This document shows positions 12,826 through 27,450 of a stretch of DNA of 63,591 nucleotides, in pieces; within the stretch, counting starts at the first letter, position 1; every line of letters begins with the position of its first letter. Below the pieces are notes generated by a model that saw only the letters and a program-made list of their open reading frames with translations, was not told where the DNA came from and did not search any database. The position numbers and the translations under genes are program-made. Location of the stretch: contig JARDVH010000031.1 in the NCBI GenBank assembly GCA_030324005.1, positions 37,461,072 to 37,524,662 on the forward strand. The letters are read 5' to 3'. The stretch is from Negaprion brevirostris (lineage: Eukaryota).

Positions 12826-13819
12826 TAAATAATATTGCATCAACAACTTGGAATTAAATTTTGTCAAATTTGTTGGTCCTAAGTCTGAAGTGTTTAAACC
12901 ACTTGAACAATTGGATGCCCTGTAAGGAGCCAGAAGCACTTTTCCACTTGAGTATCTAAGAGGTAATAGATGATCATATCTGTTTGTGTTTTTGAATGTT
13001 GTGCATCAATTCCACTGTAAATTGGACACTCTATCACAATTTTTAATTATGATTTTTTTCTAATTACCATTCTAAATCAGATATTGTGCAAGTGGTCTCT
13101 TTTTGAGGTAAAAATTAACCAAGAATAGAATATTTTCCTTCTGGACCTCTTCCATTTGTTTGTTACAAGGAAAAACATTTGTTTCATAATTAATAAACAA
13201 AATCTATAATTCTATAATCAGAGCATTGATGTGTATAGGGTCAGGCAAGAACGTTTTAGTAAACCTGGTCAACACTGGGGTTCAAATTTAGTTGCACAAA
13301 TAACTTTTTATATCTCTCAATTAATTTTTCCCAGCAAGTTGTTGTTTAATTAAAATTGCTCATGATTTCTTCCTTGCTTGACTGGCCAGTCCCCTATTAT
13401 ATTCATCATTCCATTTTTGTGCTTTATTCCATCACGTTGGGCTATAATAAGCTATTTTCAGAGTTCAACTTGATAATGTACACAATCATTAATCTCTTAA
13501 AATCCATTTGAGTACAACCAGACTTTAGTTTCTGTGGTTACTCTATGTAGTTTTGATGCCAGGCATCAGATAGTAGACCATTTGTTCCATCATCTTTTCC
13601 AGCTCCATAATATCCCCATTGTAATAGCAATTCATTTGCAGTTATGTTCAATTGTTTCAATTTTGCTGGGGATCCCTCAGTATATAAATTATCGAATAGG
13701 AATCTAGTTGATTATCACTCATCTCAGAAAATAAATATTTTTGAGAAATGTGGTTGTGATGATAATGGAGATGCTCCCCCATCCAAAATAAAATGTAGAA
13801 AGGCCAAAATACTTGTCTC

Positions 13820-14510
13820 CTGGTCCCACTCCAATCTCAGTTCCCTTGTCACTGACTCCATCCCGTTTCTTAGCCACTGAGGCCGAATCAGACCATTGCA
13901 GCGTTTATGTTCTGTTTGACTGTTCATCACCGGGACCACCTATGTCCATTTAGGTGACACCACGTGCCTTCCGTCCTCGAGTTGCTTATTGAGACCCAAA
14001 ATCCTTTTGCATGATTTTGTAGACTCGAATATTCCAATGCTTTTTTCCACCTCACCCCCCCGCAAACTTGAAGTTATGCAAAACTTTTCTGCCTAACCTG
14101 TATTGAGCTCTGTTCAGCCATACTGCTCTGCTCATTGATCCATGTTGTCTCCCAGTCTGGCATCTTGATTTCAAATTCTTTGATGGTGCCTGTCCTCGCT
14201 ATGTTGTAACCATCTCCATTCCTCAGATCTCCACACTCTAGTATTTCTGACCCATTGTGCAAGCCCAGTTTTGATTGCTCCATCAATGCCAGTTGTACTT
14301 TCAGCTGACTGAATCTTAAGACCGGGAATCCTTTCCCCATCTGTATACTCTTCTATTCTTCTTGAAGACGTAGCTTAAAACTGAATTTTTTCCATTTTGC
14401 AAATGTTTTACCTATCCTAATATTACTAATGTGACTCAGTATCAAGTTTTGTTCAACAAAATCATTGTGGGGCACATCAGAATGTTTTACTATGCCAATA
14501 TGAGTTGCTC
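13820..14510 (+). mobile_element. L2 LINE 3' fragment, decayed
   Basis: Contains cgcaaacttgaagttatgcaaaac...cttgatttcaaattc, matching the L2 C-terminal KLE.IQN..A / DFKIL region. Same family at 33420-33870 and 42740-44460. Confidence 0.55.
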
Positions 14511-15209
14511 TAAAAATGTATTTGATTTAGCTGATTATTCTTCCTGAACATAGCATTGAATGGAACGCATTTCATTATATACTATATTCCTTACATGTGT
14601 CTTCGCAATACATGTGGAACAAAGAAAAATTATTTGATAGGCATTAAATGCATTTTCAAAATATGCTTTCAGATTCACCTTACTGCACTTCCATTTTGAA
14701 TATTTACCTAAGTCAATTTTTGGGGGCATTATAATCTTGGCTAAATGGTATTGCCATTTCTCATTTCTGCTACAGTTGTTGACCTACGTTTTTTTCTAAG
14801 TTTGGCTGAATTGTATTATGGAGCAGCTCTGCCTATACATCACTTTTATTCCATCTAGTGCTGCAAGATATAACATGCATGTACTAAATTAGAGGGAGAA
14901 ATATAATATTTCTGTACATACTTGAATTCCCAACCAAGCTGTCAGTGATACAGATGGCTTATTATTTCTTTTACCAGTTTCCTATCGTTGTAGGAAAACT
15001 GGGTCTTTATTTTGCAGTGGGAAGGGAAGGCAAAGAGGAAGCATGAAAATTGTATCCTTATTGCAGCTCAAGATTGAGAAGATTAAAAAACATGCTCACA
15101 GTTTCACAGAAACTTAGCACAAAAGGAAGCTATTTGGTACATTGTATCTATGCTGTCTTCTTGAAAGAGTAGCCATGCTGAATCTCACAGGCAGCTTTTT
15201 GTCTGTGAC

Positions 15210-16975
15210 CTTAAAATCCTAAGAAATGGGAGCAGGCATCCCATAAGAGGTTGGCTGATCTAATTGTGGTCTTTGGTGCATTTTCCTGCCTACCTCCATA
15301 ACCTTTGACTATTTGTCAGTCAAAAATTAATTTAACTCACTCCTGAGTATATTCAGTGTCCAGCCTCCACTGCTGTTTGGGGAAGACAATTCCAAAGTCT
15401 AACAGTTCTAACAGTGAAGAAATTTTTCTTCATCTAGGCCTCAAGTGGGGAGACACCTTATTTTTAAAACTGTGCCCCTTGAAACATCCTTCTAGCATCC
15501 ACCCTGTCAAGTTCTCCCAGATTCTTCTGTTCTATTCTTCCAAATTCCAGCGAGTATAGGCCCAACCTGCTCAACAAAACCTTTTCATCCCAGGAAGTGA
15601 ACCTTCATGGACTGCTTTCGATGCAAATATATATTTATTTAAGGAGACCAAAACTCTACACAGGACTGCAGGTACACTCACACTAAAGCCCTGTACAGCA
15701 GTGGCAATACTTCCCTACTTTTATAATTTTGTATTGAAGTCCAACATTCAATTTGTTGCCTTTATCATGTGCTGTCCTTGCATGCTCGCCTTTCGTGATT
15801 CATGTACCAGGGCACCTAGATCCCTTTGTGCCACAGATTTCTGCAGTTCCTTCATTTGAATAATATTCTTTTCTATTCTTCCTGTCAAAGTGAACAAGTT
15901 GCATTTTTCCGTGTTATATTCCATTTGCCAAATTTTTGCCTCTTAATTTGTTATATCAATATCCCTTTGCAGACAGTATTTCCTCTTCATTGTTTACTTT
16001 TGTTTATGTCATCAGCAAGCCATGCATTCTATCCCTTCATCCACATCATTGGATTATAAATACCTGAGGCCCTAACACTGACCCATTGGTACTCTACTAG
16101 TAATAGCTTGCCATTTAAAAATGACCCATTTATCTCAACTCTCTACTTGAGAGAGTGGCTGACCAATCCCCCAAACCATGAGCTTTTGTGCAATAACCGT
16201 TTATGTGGCATCTTATTGAGTGCCTTTGGGAAATCATTTAAACCACACTCGACTGGTTCCTTTTTATCACCCTGCTTGTTATATCTTCAAACAACCCAAA
16301 TCTGTCACAGTTTCATTTTCACAAAACCATGTTGACTGCCTGATTGACTTATGAGTTTTCAAATATCCTCCTATCTCATCACTATTGGATTGCAGCACTT
16401 TTTTTAATAATATGCACCAGGCTAACTGGCCTGTAGTTTACCTGTCTTTCTCATTTTTGCTGTTAGATTTTCAATCTGCTGCGACCTTTCCAGAACCTAG
16501 GGAATTTTGGAAGATTGGCAGAATCCATTATCTCTGCAACCACTTTCTTTAAGACCCTAGGATCGAAGCTGTCAGGTCCAGCAGACTTTGCCAGCCCTCA
16601 TCCCATTGAACTTTTCCTCATGCCCCCCGCCGCATGCTTTTCTAGTAGTCTCGAGATGCTTTACTGTGACAACGAATCAAAATGTTCAAAGCCTTTGCTT
16701 TCCACTATGAATTGTCCAGTCTCACTCTAAAGGACCAGTTCTCACTGTCGCTATTCATTTCCTTTTTTATATACTTGTTTACGCTTTTACTGTCAATACT
16801 TGTTAGCTGCTAGTTTTCTTCCCTCAACTTTTTGCTTTTTTGTGCTGATTTTTAAAATTTTTTCCAATTTTCTGGTCTAGCATTAATCTTTGCTGCTTTG
16901 TGTATTTCTTCTTTATATTGGATACCATCTTTAAGTTCCTTAGTTTGCCAAGGATGGTGCCACCTATTGAGCACG
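15210..16975 (-). mobile_element. CR1 LINE fragment (RT and 3' end), decayed
   Basis: Tail aagaaatgggagcagg... and RT remnants such as gagtgcctttgggaaatc (DFPKA on -) and ctggcctgtagtt (NYRP on -). Collinear with 28065-29450. Confidence 0.75.
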
Positions 16976-17404
16976 AGCTGAACAGAGTGCGTTCTTACTG
17001 TACGGAGTGATGCAGACAGCAAATTCTATTTTGTGATTGTTAATCGAGATGCTCCGGTCAAAACAATTATTTTTCTCTGTTAGCTCTTTTTGAGGTTTTC
17101 TCAAGCTAATTTTTCAAATTTCTCAAGGCTTTTTTGAATTTCACAGGCTCCTTTTTTCATTCTAGTAAACTCCATTATTAAGTGATGCAATCACATTACC
17201 TTTATTTGTGTTGCTTCTTTTCAATGTTTCCTCCTTCAGATAGATAGCACAAACATCAAACACAAAGATTTTATGATTTCGAGCAGCTCATCCAATTTCA
17301 AGCCAGGGATTAATCAAATCAACATAATAGCAATGATACACAATTAGATGCTAACTCTTTTCCTATTTTCCACAAAAGAAAGTACATTTAGAAACTGGCG
17401 AGCT

Positions 17405-17600
17405 GCTGACTTTGATAAAACTGTGACTTGCTAGACCATTTCAGAGGACAATGAAGAGTCAACCACATTAACGTGGGTCTGGCATCATATATAGGCCAGA
17501 CCAACGAAGTGTAATTTATTTTCTTCAAGAATATTAGTGCGCCAGAACTTTATACAGCAGCCCGGTTTATTCAATTAACTGAGTTTAAGATCCCTTGTCA
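17405..17600 (-). mobile_element. Fragment of the tRNA-type LINE/SINE head
   Basis: tttgataaaactgtgacttgctagaccatttcagagg...gagtcaaccacattaacgtgggtctgg matches the head at 21060-21295 and 60780-60940, including the LINE-type continuation. Confidence 0.55.
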
Positions 17601-18849
17601 GAAGGAAATTCTGGTCTCCTGATGGTCAATTTAGGCTCTAGATAGTTTGATAAGTAAGTTGACCACACTGCTGCTGCTGCTCCCTGTCATGAACTGAATT
17701 TGTGTCAAATGTGAAAGGAGCTTCCCAGATTTCTGTCTTAACTATTCCAAGTTCTGTGTCCTGATATCCATTATTTCAATACTTTGTACCACATCATGCT
17801 CCAGGAGCCATATGCACTTGTGTACTCCCTGAAGTATGCATCCATACTGTAACTGGGGTCAGCATGATGTGATTCCGAAACCAGTTATCGTGCAAGGTGT
17901 CACTTGAAGCCAAACTGACACTAGAGCAAAGTACAATGAGGCATTTTACAGGAGGGAGTCTTGTCCCGATTCACTCTGGAGACATTGTGGATTGCACAAT
18001 TCCATTGAAAAATTAAACTACTTTCTAACTATGTTATACTTATAAATGCAAATACACTTTTAGGAGCAAGTTGTCTAAGGCCAACAATAAATTTAGGGAC
18101 AAAAAGACTTATAGATTTTTTGAGTAAATAGAACAACTATGTAAATGGTTTAAGGAATGTGAAGCACAAATGGCCCAGAGGAGTAAATGTTTCCCTCATA
18201 TCTTAGCAGCATGGAAGTTAGATTTCAGCTTTAGATGTAGAAAGATTGCTGTACCAGTACTAAATTCTGTACATGTTTTCAGGTGATACAAATTCACTCT
18301 TACAGGTCTAATGAGTAACTGTCTTGTCTTGTTTCGTTTTGAATAGGATCCACAATTTTAAAATCTCAGTTTATCTGTGTTGTGGTGAATATGCAGCGTG
18401 GAGAAAAACCCCAGGAGTTGTAAGCAGGTTGCTGGCAGTTACAGATCTGAGAAGTCCAATGAGTCTGCTTGGAGTTTGGAGAAACCCTAAGGCAATGCCA
18501 GCTTACTGAAATTAAGGGTTTGCAAAAGAGTAGGACTTATTTGCTTCACAGACTGCAGTCTTGGGAGAATAAATTGAACCTTTGGGTGATGAATCAGTCC
18601 ACGTCAGAGCAGTTTTTGGGGAAATTCGGGGGGCCGACACTTTCAAAGTACACAGTTGAAATCCCTTGAGAGCAATGGCATTATCACAGGATTTTGTGGC
18701 CTTGTGGTCACTGACCTCTGTGAGTTGCTGAGAAATTTGTGCGATCTGGTTTGGTCACGTTTGCCATTTACTGTGCAGTCTTTGACTGACCACAGATTAC
18801 CTGTTAATTCATGTTTACCACTTGCTGAATGATCTGTGATGTTACGTGC

Positions 18850-21295
18850 CATCTAACTCCAGCCTGAATGTTATTGTGTCTTGCTGCATGTAGACACTGA
18901 CTGCTTGTGTGCCTCAGGAGTTGAGAGTAGTTTGAAATGCTGCAATCGTCAACAAACATCTCCACTTCTGAACTTGTGATGAAGGAAAGATCATTGATGA
19001 GGCAGCTGAAGATAGCTGGGCTCAGGCCACTACCTGAATAACTCCTGCAGTGATGTCCTGGTCTGAGATGATCAACCTCCAGTCGCGACCTTAGCGCTCA
19101 GCGATTCCCATTGTTTGCAGTTTTGCTTAGACTTCTTGATGATACTATTATCAAATGCTGCTCTGATGTCAAAGACAGTCATTTCATCTCCCCTCTAAGT
19201 TCAGTTCTTTTGCTGATGTTTGAACTCCTGGTGGAACCCAAGCTGGATGTCAGTGAACAGGTTATTGCTGCATAAGTGTTGTTGATAGCACTGTTGACAG
19301 CACTTTCCATTGCTTTACTGATGATTGAGACTAGACTTATGGGTGACTAATTGATTGGGTTGGATTTGCGCTGCTTTTTGTAGACAGGCATACCTGGCCA
19401 GTTTTTTGCATTGTCATGTAGATGCCAATGTTGTAGCTGTATGAAAGCAGCTTGGCTAAGGGTGCAGCTTCTTCTGGAGTGTGTAACTTAAGGACTTTTG
19501 CTAGAATATTATCAGGCTCCAATTGCCTTCGCAGTATCCATTGCCTTCAGCTATTTTTTCATATCAAAGGTGGCATTTCTGATGCTGGGGACCTGGGTGA
19601 AGGGTGAGGTGGATTATCCACTCGGCAGTTCTACCTGAAGATTGTTGCAAAGTTAGTTGCTTAATAGCCAGCACCATTCCTGACTGGATGTGGCAGGAAT
19701 GCAGAGCATAGATCTGATTTGTTGCTTATGGGATTACTTAGTTCTATCTATTGCATGCTGTTTTCGCTGTTGACATGCAAGCAGTGTGTGTTGTAATTTC
19801 ACTAGGTTGAAACCTAATTTTTAGGTCTGCCTGGTGCTGCTGCTGTCTCACCCTCCTAAACTCTGAATCAGGATTTGGGTAGCACATTGACGCAGTGGTA
19901 AGCACTGCTGCCTCAGTGCCAAGTACTCTGGTTCAATTCCAGTTTGCACATTCTCCTCATGTCTGCAGGGATTTCCTCCGTCTGTTCTGGTTTTCTCCCG
20001 CAGTCCAAAGATGTGTGGGTTAGGCACATTGGCCATACTTAAAACGTTGCCACTTAGTGTTGGGGGACTAGCAGGTAGGTGCATGGGATTAAGGGGTCAG
20101 GGCTTGAGTGGGGTTGTTATCAGTGCAGGCTTGATGAGCCAAATGGCCTACTTCTGTATGGTCAGGATTCCAGGAAATCTGTGATAATGCATAGACATGA
20201 TGGTAATAATAGAGTGCAGGATGTGTTGGGCCATGAGGTTACAGATTGTGGTGATAGACAATTCCGCTGCTGCTTTTGGCCCATAACACCTCATGGAGGC
20301 AAAGCTTTGACTTGACTTGCTCGATCTGCTCGAAACCTATCCCATTTAGCATGGCAGTCATGGCATACAATACATTGGAGATTAGGAGTTCGCCTTCACA
20401 AGGACAGTGCGGTGGTTGGCCCTATCAATGTTGTCACAGGTAAACAGGTATGGATGAGGTCAGGTATGATTTTTCCCTCTTGCTGCTTTCCTTACCAGCT
20501 GCCAGAGACCCAGTATAGTAACTTTGTCCGTTAGCATTCTGCAAGCTCAGTCTATAGTGTTGCTACCAAGCCATTCTCGATGACAGGCATTGAAGTCTTC
20601 CCAGAGTGCATTCTGCCCCCTTGCCACCCTCTAGTGCTTCCTCCAGCTGATGCTTAACATAGAGGAGTACTGATTTAGCAGCTGAAGGGTGGTTGGGTGA
20701 TATGGTGAAGGGAGAGGTGATAACTAGCAGCAAGTTTCCTTGCCCATGTTTGACAATGCCATGAATCTTCATGGGGTCCAGACTTGATACTGAGAACTCC
20801 CAGGGCGACTCCTTCATGACTGTACTACTCTGCTGTCAGAACTGGTGTCTGGGACATGATTTGTAAGGTACGGTTCCTTTTGGATGATTATGTTCAACTA
20901 TTGCTTTACTAGTCTTTAGGGCAGTTCTCCTAATTTTGGCACAAGCCCCCAAATGCTAGTGAAGAGGGTTTTGCGAGGGCTGGGTTTGTGTTGTTGCTTC
21001 TGGTGCCTCACTCGATGCCAAGTGATCTGACCAGTTTGTGTTGGATTTTCAGTGGTTTTTGATACAACAAAATGGCTTGTTAGGCCACTTCAGAGTTAAC
21101 CACATTGCTGTGGGTCTGCAGTCACATGTCAGACCAAGTAAGGACAGCAGATTCCCTTCCCTATAGGGCGTTAGTGAACCTGATAGGTTTTTGTGACAGT
21201 TGACAATTTGTTTCACAGTCACTACTACTGAGACTAGCTTTTAATTCCAAATTTATTAACTGAATTTAAATGTCACCAGCTGCCGTGGTGGCATT
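18850..21295 (-). mobile_element. CR1-group (CR1/L2/Crack-like) EN-RT LINE with tRNA-type 5' head, decayed
   Basis: Head at about 21060-21295. Endonuclease remnants GLVPKLGEL and VKHGQGNLLLVIT..SVLLYVKHQLEEAL (ORF 20563-20817). RT remnants GPDNI..VLK..AAPLAKL (ORF 19337-19522). Interrupted by an HE1 SINE. Confidence 0.75.
19877..20185 (+). mobile_element. HE1-like SINE nested in the LINE
   Basis: gggtagcacattgacgcagtggtaagcactgctgcctcag...ggttcaattcc...ctcccgcagtccaaagatgtgtgggttagg, ending in a CR1-type tail ttgatgagccaaatggcctacttctg. Confidence 0.85.
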
Positions 21296-24109
21296 AGTCT
21301 GTTATTTGGTATCACACAGAATCAGTTGAATTGGCTAAAAACAGACATCTGTACTGCTGAGACTTCAGGATGAAGCAGAGATGGATCTTTGACTTAGCAC
21401 TTCTGGCTCCCCCATCAGAATAGGACTATTGTCTCCATTCGAACCAGTAATGCCCAATTCCTTTCAATTGTCTGTTTCTGTCAAACTGAAGCCTCCCCAC
21501 AGTTCAGATTTGCTGCAGCTCCCCAGCTTCCCAGAATTGCACATTTCAGTCCTCATTGCCATCATGCAGCTGTGTTCGTTACTCACGCACCTCAACAGTT
21601 TCTGCAAATTGCTAGCCAGCAGCAAAACGCAATCAACTTCTCCAGTTAGTAGCCCGTGTCACTCTGTTCCTCAAGAAAATTGAGTGCAATCGGACCACTG
21701 CTGGTCAGAAGGCCATCCCTGCTCTGAGTGGTCACACAATGCTCTGAATGTATTTGTAATTTAAAAGCACCCAGGAGAGCAGGAATAGAGAAGGTAACAA
21801 GGGTTTTTTTTTGTTTAACTAAACACGTCCCTTCAGCGTCTATTTGACTATAAAGCCGGCAACTGAACCATATTCTGATGAACACAAGTCTGGTCTGACT
21901 GAGTGACTCCCGCCTGTCAGCAACATGGATGGTCCTTAATTTATGGCAGTGGATTAAGGTGGTCTAGTAAGAGAGAGTTTTACTCATAATCACCTCTGTG
22001 GCTATAACACAACTCAGAATTGTGTGGCTGTAAAATGGACAATGTGAATTTGTTGCATGTTTATGGCCAATTCACCCACATGTGATAATTGGTGAGTTTA
22101 TTGGACACTTTGACATAGTAAAAGGCCATTTTGCATGTGCTAGTTCTTTACATGTCTGAATCCCATTTCCTACTCTTTTTCTGTAGGCGTACAAATTTTT
22201 GCTTTTTAAATATATCCTTCTAAAATTACTATCAAGTCTGTACAGCCAACCTTTCAAGCAATATAGTTTTAGCTTAACTCTGGTTTGTGCAATAAAACTC
22301 AAGTTTGGTTCAGCATTTTGTTCATTCTACCATTATTTTAAAGCCAGAGAACCAACCTGGTTCATTGAGAAGTATAGGGCAGCATGCCTAGGAACAGCAA
22401 CAGGTATAGCTAAATATAGAATGTCAACCTAATAAAACTACACTAGTCTACATGCATGTGAACATCAGAGGCAGCATGCTATTGACACAAGGCGATTGCA
22501 TAATCACAAATCAGATCGAAACTTTGCAGTCCTGTCACATCCAGTCATGAAAGGTAGCAGATAATTCAGCAACAAGCAGAAGAGCCATCCCCAGAAACAT
22601 CGTTGGCCTCAATGATACAGGAATCCAGGATGTTGGTGCAAAAGCAAAGTTGAAGCACTTGCAACCTCCTTCAGCCACGAACCAATGGTTGATTAAAAGT
22701 CTCGGCAGAGTGTCCAGAAATGGAAGGTGACAGTATGCTGAAGCATGGCAATAATCTTCCCTGCGTCCCAATATATTAACTTTGATAAAATAGAGACACG
22801 TTACTTTCGAAGAAACTTAGCTTTTGAAATAAACTGGAGCACACTGTCAGAAACAGAGGATTTCAGTTGACCTGTTACCACCCTATAAGGATATATTTCT
22901 ATATATATAGCAGGCTTGCTTTGCAGAATAGTTGAATTGCAAAACGCTTTTGAAGCTGTTCTCCCAACTCTGGCAGTAAGTGTATCAGTCTTGATTGCTG
23001 ATGGTTTAGAAATCTATTTTCAAAAATTTGAGCAGCTATTTTATTAATATTACATATATTTTACCTCATACGGTGAATATTATGACCTGATTGCCAGAGG
23101 TTAGGCAAGCATTGAAATCCTATTGGACACCACTGTTCAATGCTGTATCATTCTTTAAACTTTTCCCTTTTAGTGCACAGCCTGCAAACACCTATAATGT
23201 TTATCTTCATTCCTGTATACTGGTTATTAATAGGCATGCGAAACCAAAATTTGGGAGCTCTTGAGAATCTGCCAGTTTTTATCGTCCATCTGGTGTTGGA
23301 CGTATATTTGGGAATTTGTGATGACAAACCAACCTTTTGTATGTTCTGTAGGATATTTATGTGGTGAGGCACTGAGCTGCCCAAATTTGTAGCAATAGAC
23401 CAAGCTTTCGTTGCAGAGGGCCCCTATTGTTCAACCAGCTGTTCTTGACAAGCATGCTATGCTTAACCATCTGGGCAGTGAAAAAGCTAACTAATGCACT
23501 TCATACAGCAAACGGCAACCTGTATTATTTCTCACGATTGTGAGTATTTTGTGCATGTAGTTGTGAAGATTATGATTAATTTGAAACGTGTATGCAGTGG
23601 AAGCTCCATTGTCCATTACAGTGGAGTTTCTCCATCAGTAGTTCATTCCAGAAACGGGAAAATAATCGTCAGATTATCCAATGTATGAATGATACATGAA
23701 CGCCAAGATGCTGGTACTGAAAACAGATTCAGTAGGAATAACTTAAATTGAATCTTGCTTTCAGTGAGTGGTTGTCTGAGAAGCGGTTAACATTTGAAAT
23801 GCTCGTTGTTTCTCATTGTCCAGCAAACGCCACAATCTGGAAGGCAAATAATTATAATATGAAACAATAGAAGTTCCTCAGTGGATGTTTTTTGTGCTTT
23901 TTCACAACTTGTCAGTTTAGGGATAATAGTGGAAAAAGTAGTGCCAAAACAGTAAGACCCAAATAGTATTCGGATTCAATTAAAATTGTGTAGTACAAAA
24001 TGGCACGTAAGAACATAATTTGATCAAAAAGTAATATAATTTCACTCTAATGCATAAAATCATCAAACAAGTTTTGCACATTTTACAACTGAATTTCAAA
24101 ATTATTGGC

Positions 24110-25095
24110 AATTTTTTATTGTTTCATGGGATGAGGCAGCATTTGTTGCTCATCCCAAATTGCCCTTGAGAAGATGATAATGAAATGTATTCATGAACTC
24201 TGCAGTCCCTCTGATGTAAGTGCTATTGGGAAGGGAGTTCCAGGATGTTGACCCTGCAAGAGTAGAGAGATTGTGATATAGTTCCAAGTCAGAATGGCGT
24301 GTGACTTGGAGGGGACTCTGCAGGTGGTTGTGTTCCCATGCATTTTCTGCCTTTTTCCTTCTAGGTGGTAGAAATCTTGGATTTGGAAGGTTGTTGAAGC
24401 AGCTGCCTTTAGTTGCTGCAGTGCATTTTGTAGACAGTACATACTGCTGGCACTAAGCATAAGTGCTGGAGGGAGTGAATGTTTATGGTGTTGAATGGGT
24501 GCCAACCAAGTGAGCTGTTGTGTGCTGAATGGTGTTGAGCTTTTTGAGTATTGTTGGAACTGCATTCACCTAGACTTTTGACTTGTGTATTTTTGTATGG
24601 TAGACAGACTGGGGAGACAGGAGGTGAGTATTCCCAGCCTCTGACCTTCTCGTGAAGCCACAGTGTTAAATAACTGATCCCGTTCACACTCTGGTCAATT
24701 GATGATAATGCCATTGAATGTCAAAAGTAGGTAGATTAGATTTTTTCTTTTTGAAGGTGGTTGCTTTTTGACATGTCTTTGGTGCTAATGCAAATTGCTA
24801 TTCCTTGACCCAAGCCTGAATGTTGTCCTGTTCATGCTATATAACATATAGGCGTGGACTACTTCAATACCTGAGAATGTATGAATGGTGTTAAATATTG
24901 TGTAATGATTGAGCGGTCACTAACAAAGTTGCTGAAGACATTTGGGTCCATAAGACCTCCCTGAGGAATTCCTGCAGTAATGTCCTGGAGCTGAAGACTG
25001 AATATTGAGAAGATTGACCTCAAACAACCAGAACCACTATCTTATATGCTAGGTATGATTTCAACCAATGGTTGAAATCAATTCTCATTGATTTC
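24110..25095 (-). mobile_element. 3' fragment of the same CR1-group LINE family as 60674-63067
   Basis: ORFs 24191-24565 and 24409-24714 carry NTINIHSLQH..AVCTVYKMHCSN. Tail aagggcaatttgggatgagcaacaaatgctg on the - strand. Confidence 0.8.
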
Positions 25096-26719
25096 TTGAT
25101 GATACTTGTTAGGAAAACAGTTTTAAGGGATTTGTATTGGTGAAAATTAGAATAAAGTATGATTTTAAGTGTGTTTAATTCCATGGAAGGAAGGATAATA
25201 CTTAGAGTGTGGTTCGTGCTGGACAAATGTAGATTCATAGAGGTATACAGCATGGAAAATGGCTCTTTGGCCCAACTTGTCCATACTGTCCTCTTTTTTT
25301 AACCACTAAGTTTTTGTGTTTATATGTGTGGCGGTTGGTTTCAATTCCAAGTGTGATTCTATTGTGCTTGCAGACAGATAATGGTGTGAAGAATAAATAG
25401 TAGTAGCAGGGGTTGCTAAACAGTTGGAGCCCTGTTAAGATATTTGATTGCAGTGGAGACAAGACGCTGGAGAATGAACAACTCTCAACGCTGCCGGGAG
25501 CAACTGGGCAAGACAAGGGAGTCCAAAGATGCAGGCTTTCTAAGAAAGAAAATACAGTCCAGATGATCAGGAAATTGGGGCAGAAAGAATGTCTTAAGGT
25601 GACTGAAGTTAAGAACAGAGACTCAGGTAATGTTCAGAAGAATTCAAGGAACAGTAAACAAAGTATTCTGAATTAGAGACAATTGCAGCAGCCAGATTTG
25701 AAGTGTGACAGCAGCCTTTGAGGTAAATCAAATGTTTTATGCTGTTTTACTCGAGTCTGGGAATTGACAGTTAAAACAATTGTGAACAGTTTGTATAGCA
25801 GTCAAGACAAAAAAAATCCAAAAAGGGGTTGGTATTAAACCTGGATTGGATATGCTGTTAAGAGTGGAAGCTTTGTTTAAAAGTGTCATTTGGAAATCTT
25901 TGATTAGATTTCAGAATGCAAACTGCAAAGTGAAACATTATTCTGAAAAGATTTAAAGTGTGTTTTTGGGAGTAAAATTTGGAAACTCTCAAGTGTCAAT
26001 CTGGGAGGATTCTGAAGAGAAATCTATAGACACGAACTTGGGTTCAGAGTGGAGTGTGTGTATTTGACTATATACAATGTGTGCTTAAAGGCACTCGGTG
26101 TGCCATTGTAGCTTAAGGTGTACTTTATAATCCATGCTTACCTTAAAATCTGTGTATAATTGTGAAGCTCAGGATAGTAGAGGAGTATTGTGTCATTATC
26201 CAATGTTTCATGTTCAATAATTTACTTTTTGTTGAAACTAATTAACCGTTCTGTGACTTTGTTCCTCCATGCTTTATTTGAAAAGTAAAGGTTACTGTAA
26301 CAGAGTGTTATAGTAAGCGTTTTCCTATTTTAATGCGTAAACTGATGTATTTGTGTGTGTGAGCATGCATCAATGATGTCATCGCTAGACTGGGCTTTCG
26401 CGGGTTTCGTCTTTGCATGAGAGACCTGTGTAACGAACTGCCTTCAGTTCTGAGTATATGCCATATTATATTTTGATATTTTTGTAGTTAAAGAAGATTG
26501 AATACTACAATGTGCTCAGCTACCTTTTTGTGGTCAAGTTATCACAATTATTATCATCTGAGTGAGAGTTCGATTTTGGGATCTTCCTGTTCAGTTTTAG
26601 CATCAGCTGTGGTTATAACGTGCCACACTTTGTCACTGGCTGCACAGGTGTCAAGGACAATCACAATCGCCTCCCTTCTGTTTTATACATGTATGGGCAA
26701 CAGTTTTGATGAGGAGTGT

Positions 26720-27450
26720 AGCTGATAGGCCCTGATGAGCCCAAGCTAATGAATCATCAATAAGCATCATTGCAGTATAAATGCCACTTGATGGTACCTT
26801 CAGCAATACCTTCAATTACTTGAAATGACTGAGAGCAGACTGATGGAATTGTAATTAGCTGGATTGATTTGCTCCTATGTTTTTTGTATGAACAGGACAT
26901 ACCAGAGCAATTTTCCACATTGTTGGGTAGATGCCAGTGTTGTACTGGAACAGTTTGCTGGATCTGGAACATGAATCATGAGTAGTACTTTCAGGCTGAT
27001 GCCAGGGCCCATAACCTTCGTAGTGTCAAGTGCTTTCAGCCATTCCTTGATATCTTGTGGAATGAATGGAATTTGCTGACGGCTAGCATCTATGATGTTT
27101 AGGACTTGGATGAGGCTGGGATGGATCATCCACTCAGTACTTCAGGTGGAAGATGGCCGCAAATGCTTCAGCCTTGTCTTTTGCACTCATGTTCTGGCCT
27201 TCATATCATTGAGAATGGGTATGTTGATGAAAGCTTGTCTAGTTGGTTGCTTAATTGTCTACCATCATTCACGACTGGATGTGGCAAGACTACAGAGCTA
27301 TGAATGACCCATTGGTCATCGGATTGCTTAGTTCTGTCTAGCCTGTGCAGCATGTGCTGTTTAACAGCAAGTCTTGTGTTCTAACTTCACCAGGTTGACA
27401 CCCTTTTTTTTCCCGGAATGCTTGGTGGTGCTGCTGCTGGTGTGTTCTTC
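26720..27450 (-). mobile_element. Internal fragment of the same CR1-group LINE family
   Basis: ORF 26875-27129 (-) contains IIDASRQQIPFIPQDIKEWLKALDTTKVMGPG, the segment just before the RT domain. Confidence 0.7.

Noticed and set aside
23600-23630. 13-bp stem hairpin gaagctccattgt-ccatt-acagtggagtttc
   Set aside because: Too short for a pre-miRNA and resembles the ccattg/caatgg palindromes common in old MITEs.
25280-26510. Possible solo LTRs (segments ending tgtaaca and tgttat...actaca)
   Set aside because: No matching target-site duplication, PBS/PPT or second LTR found.
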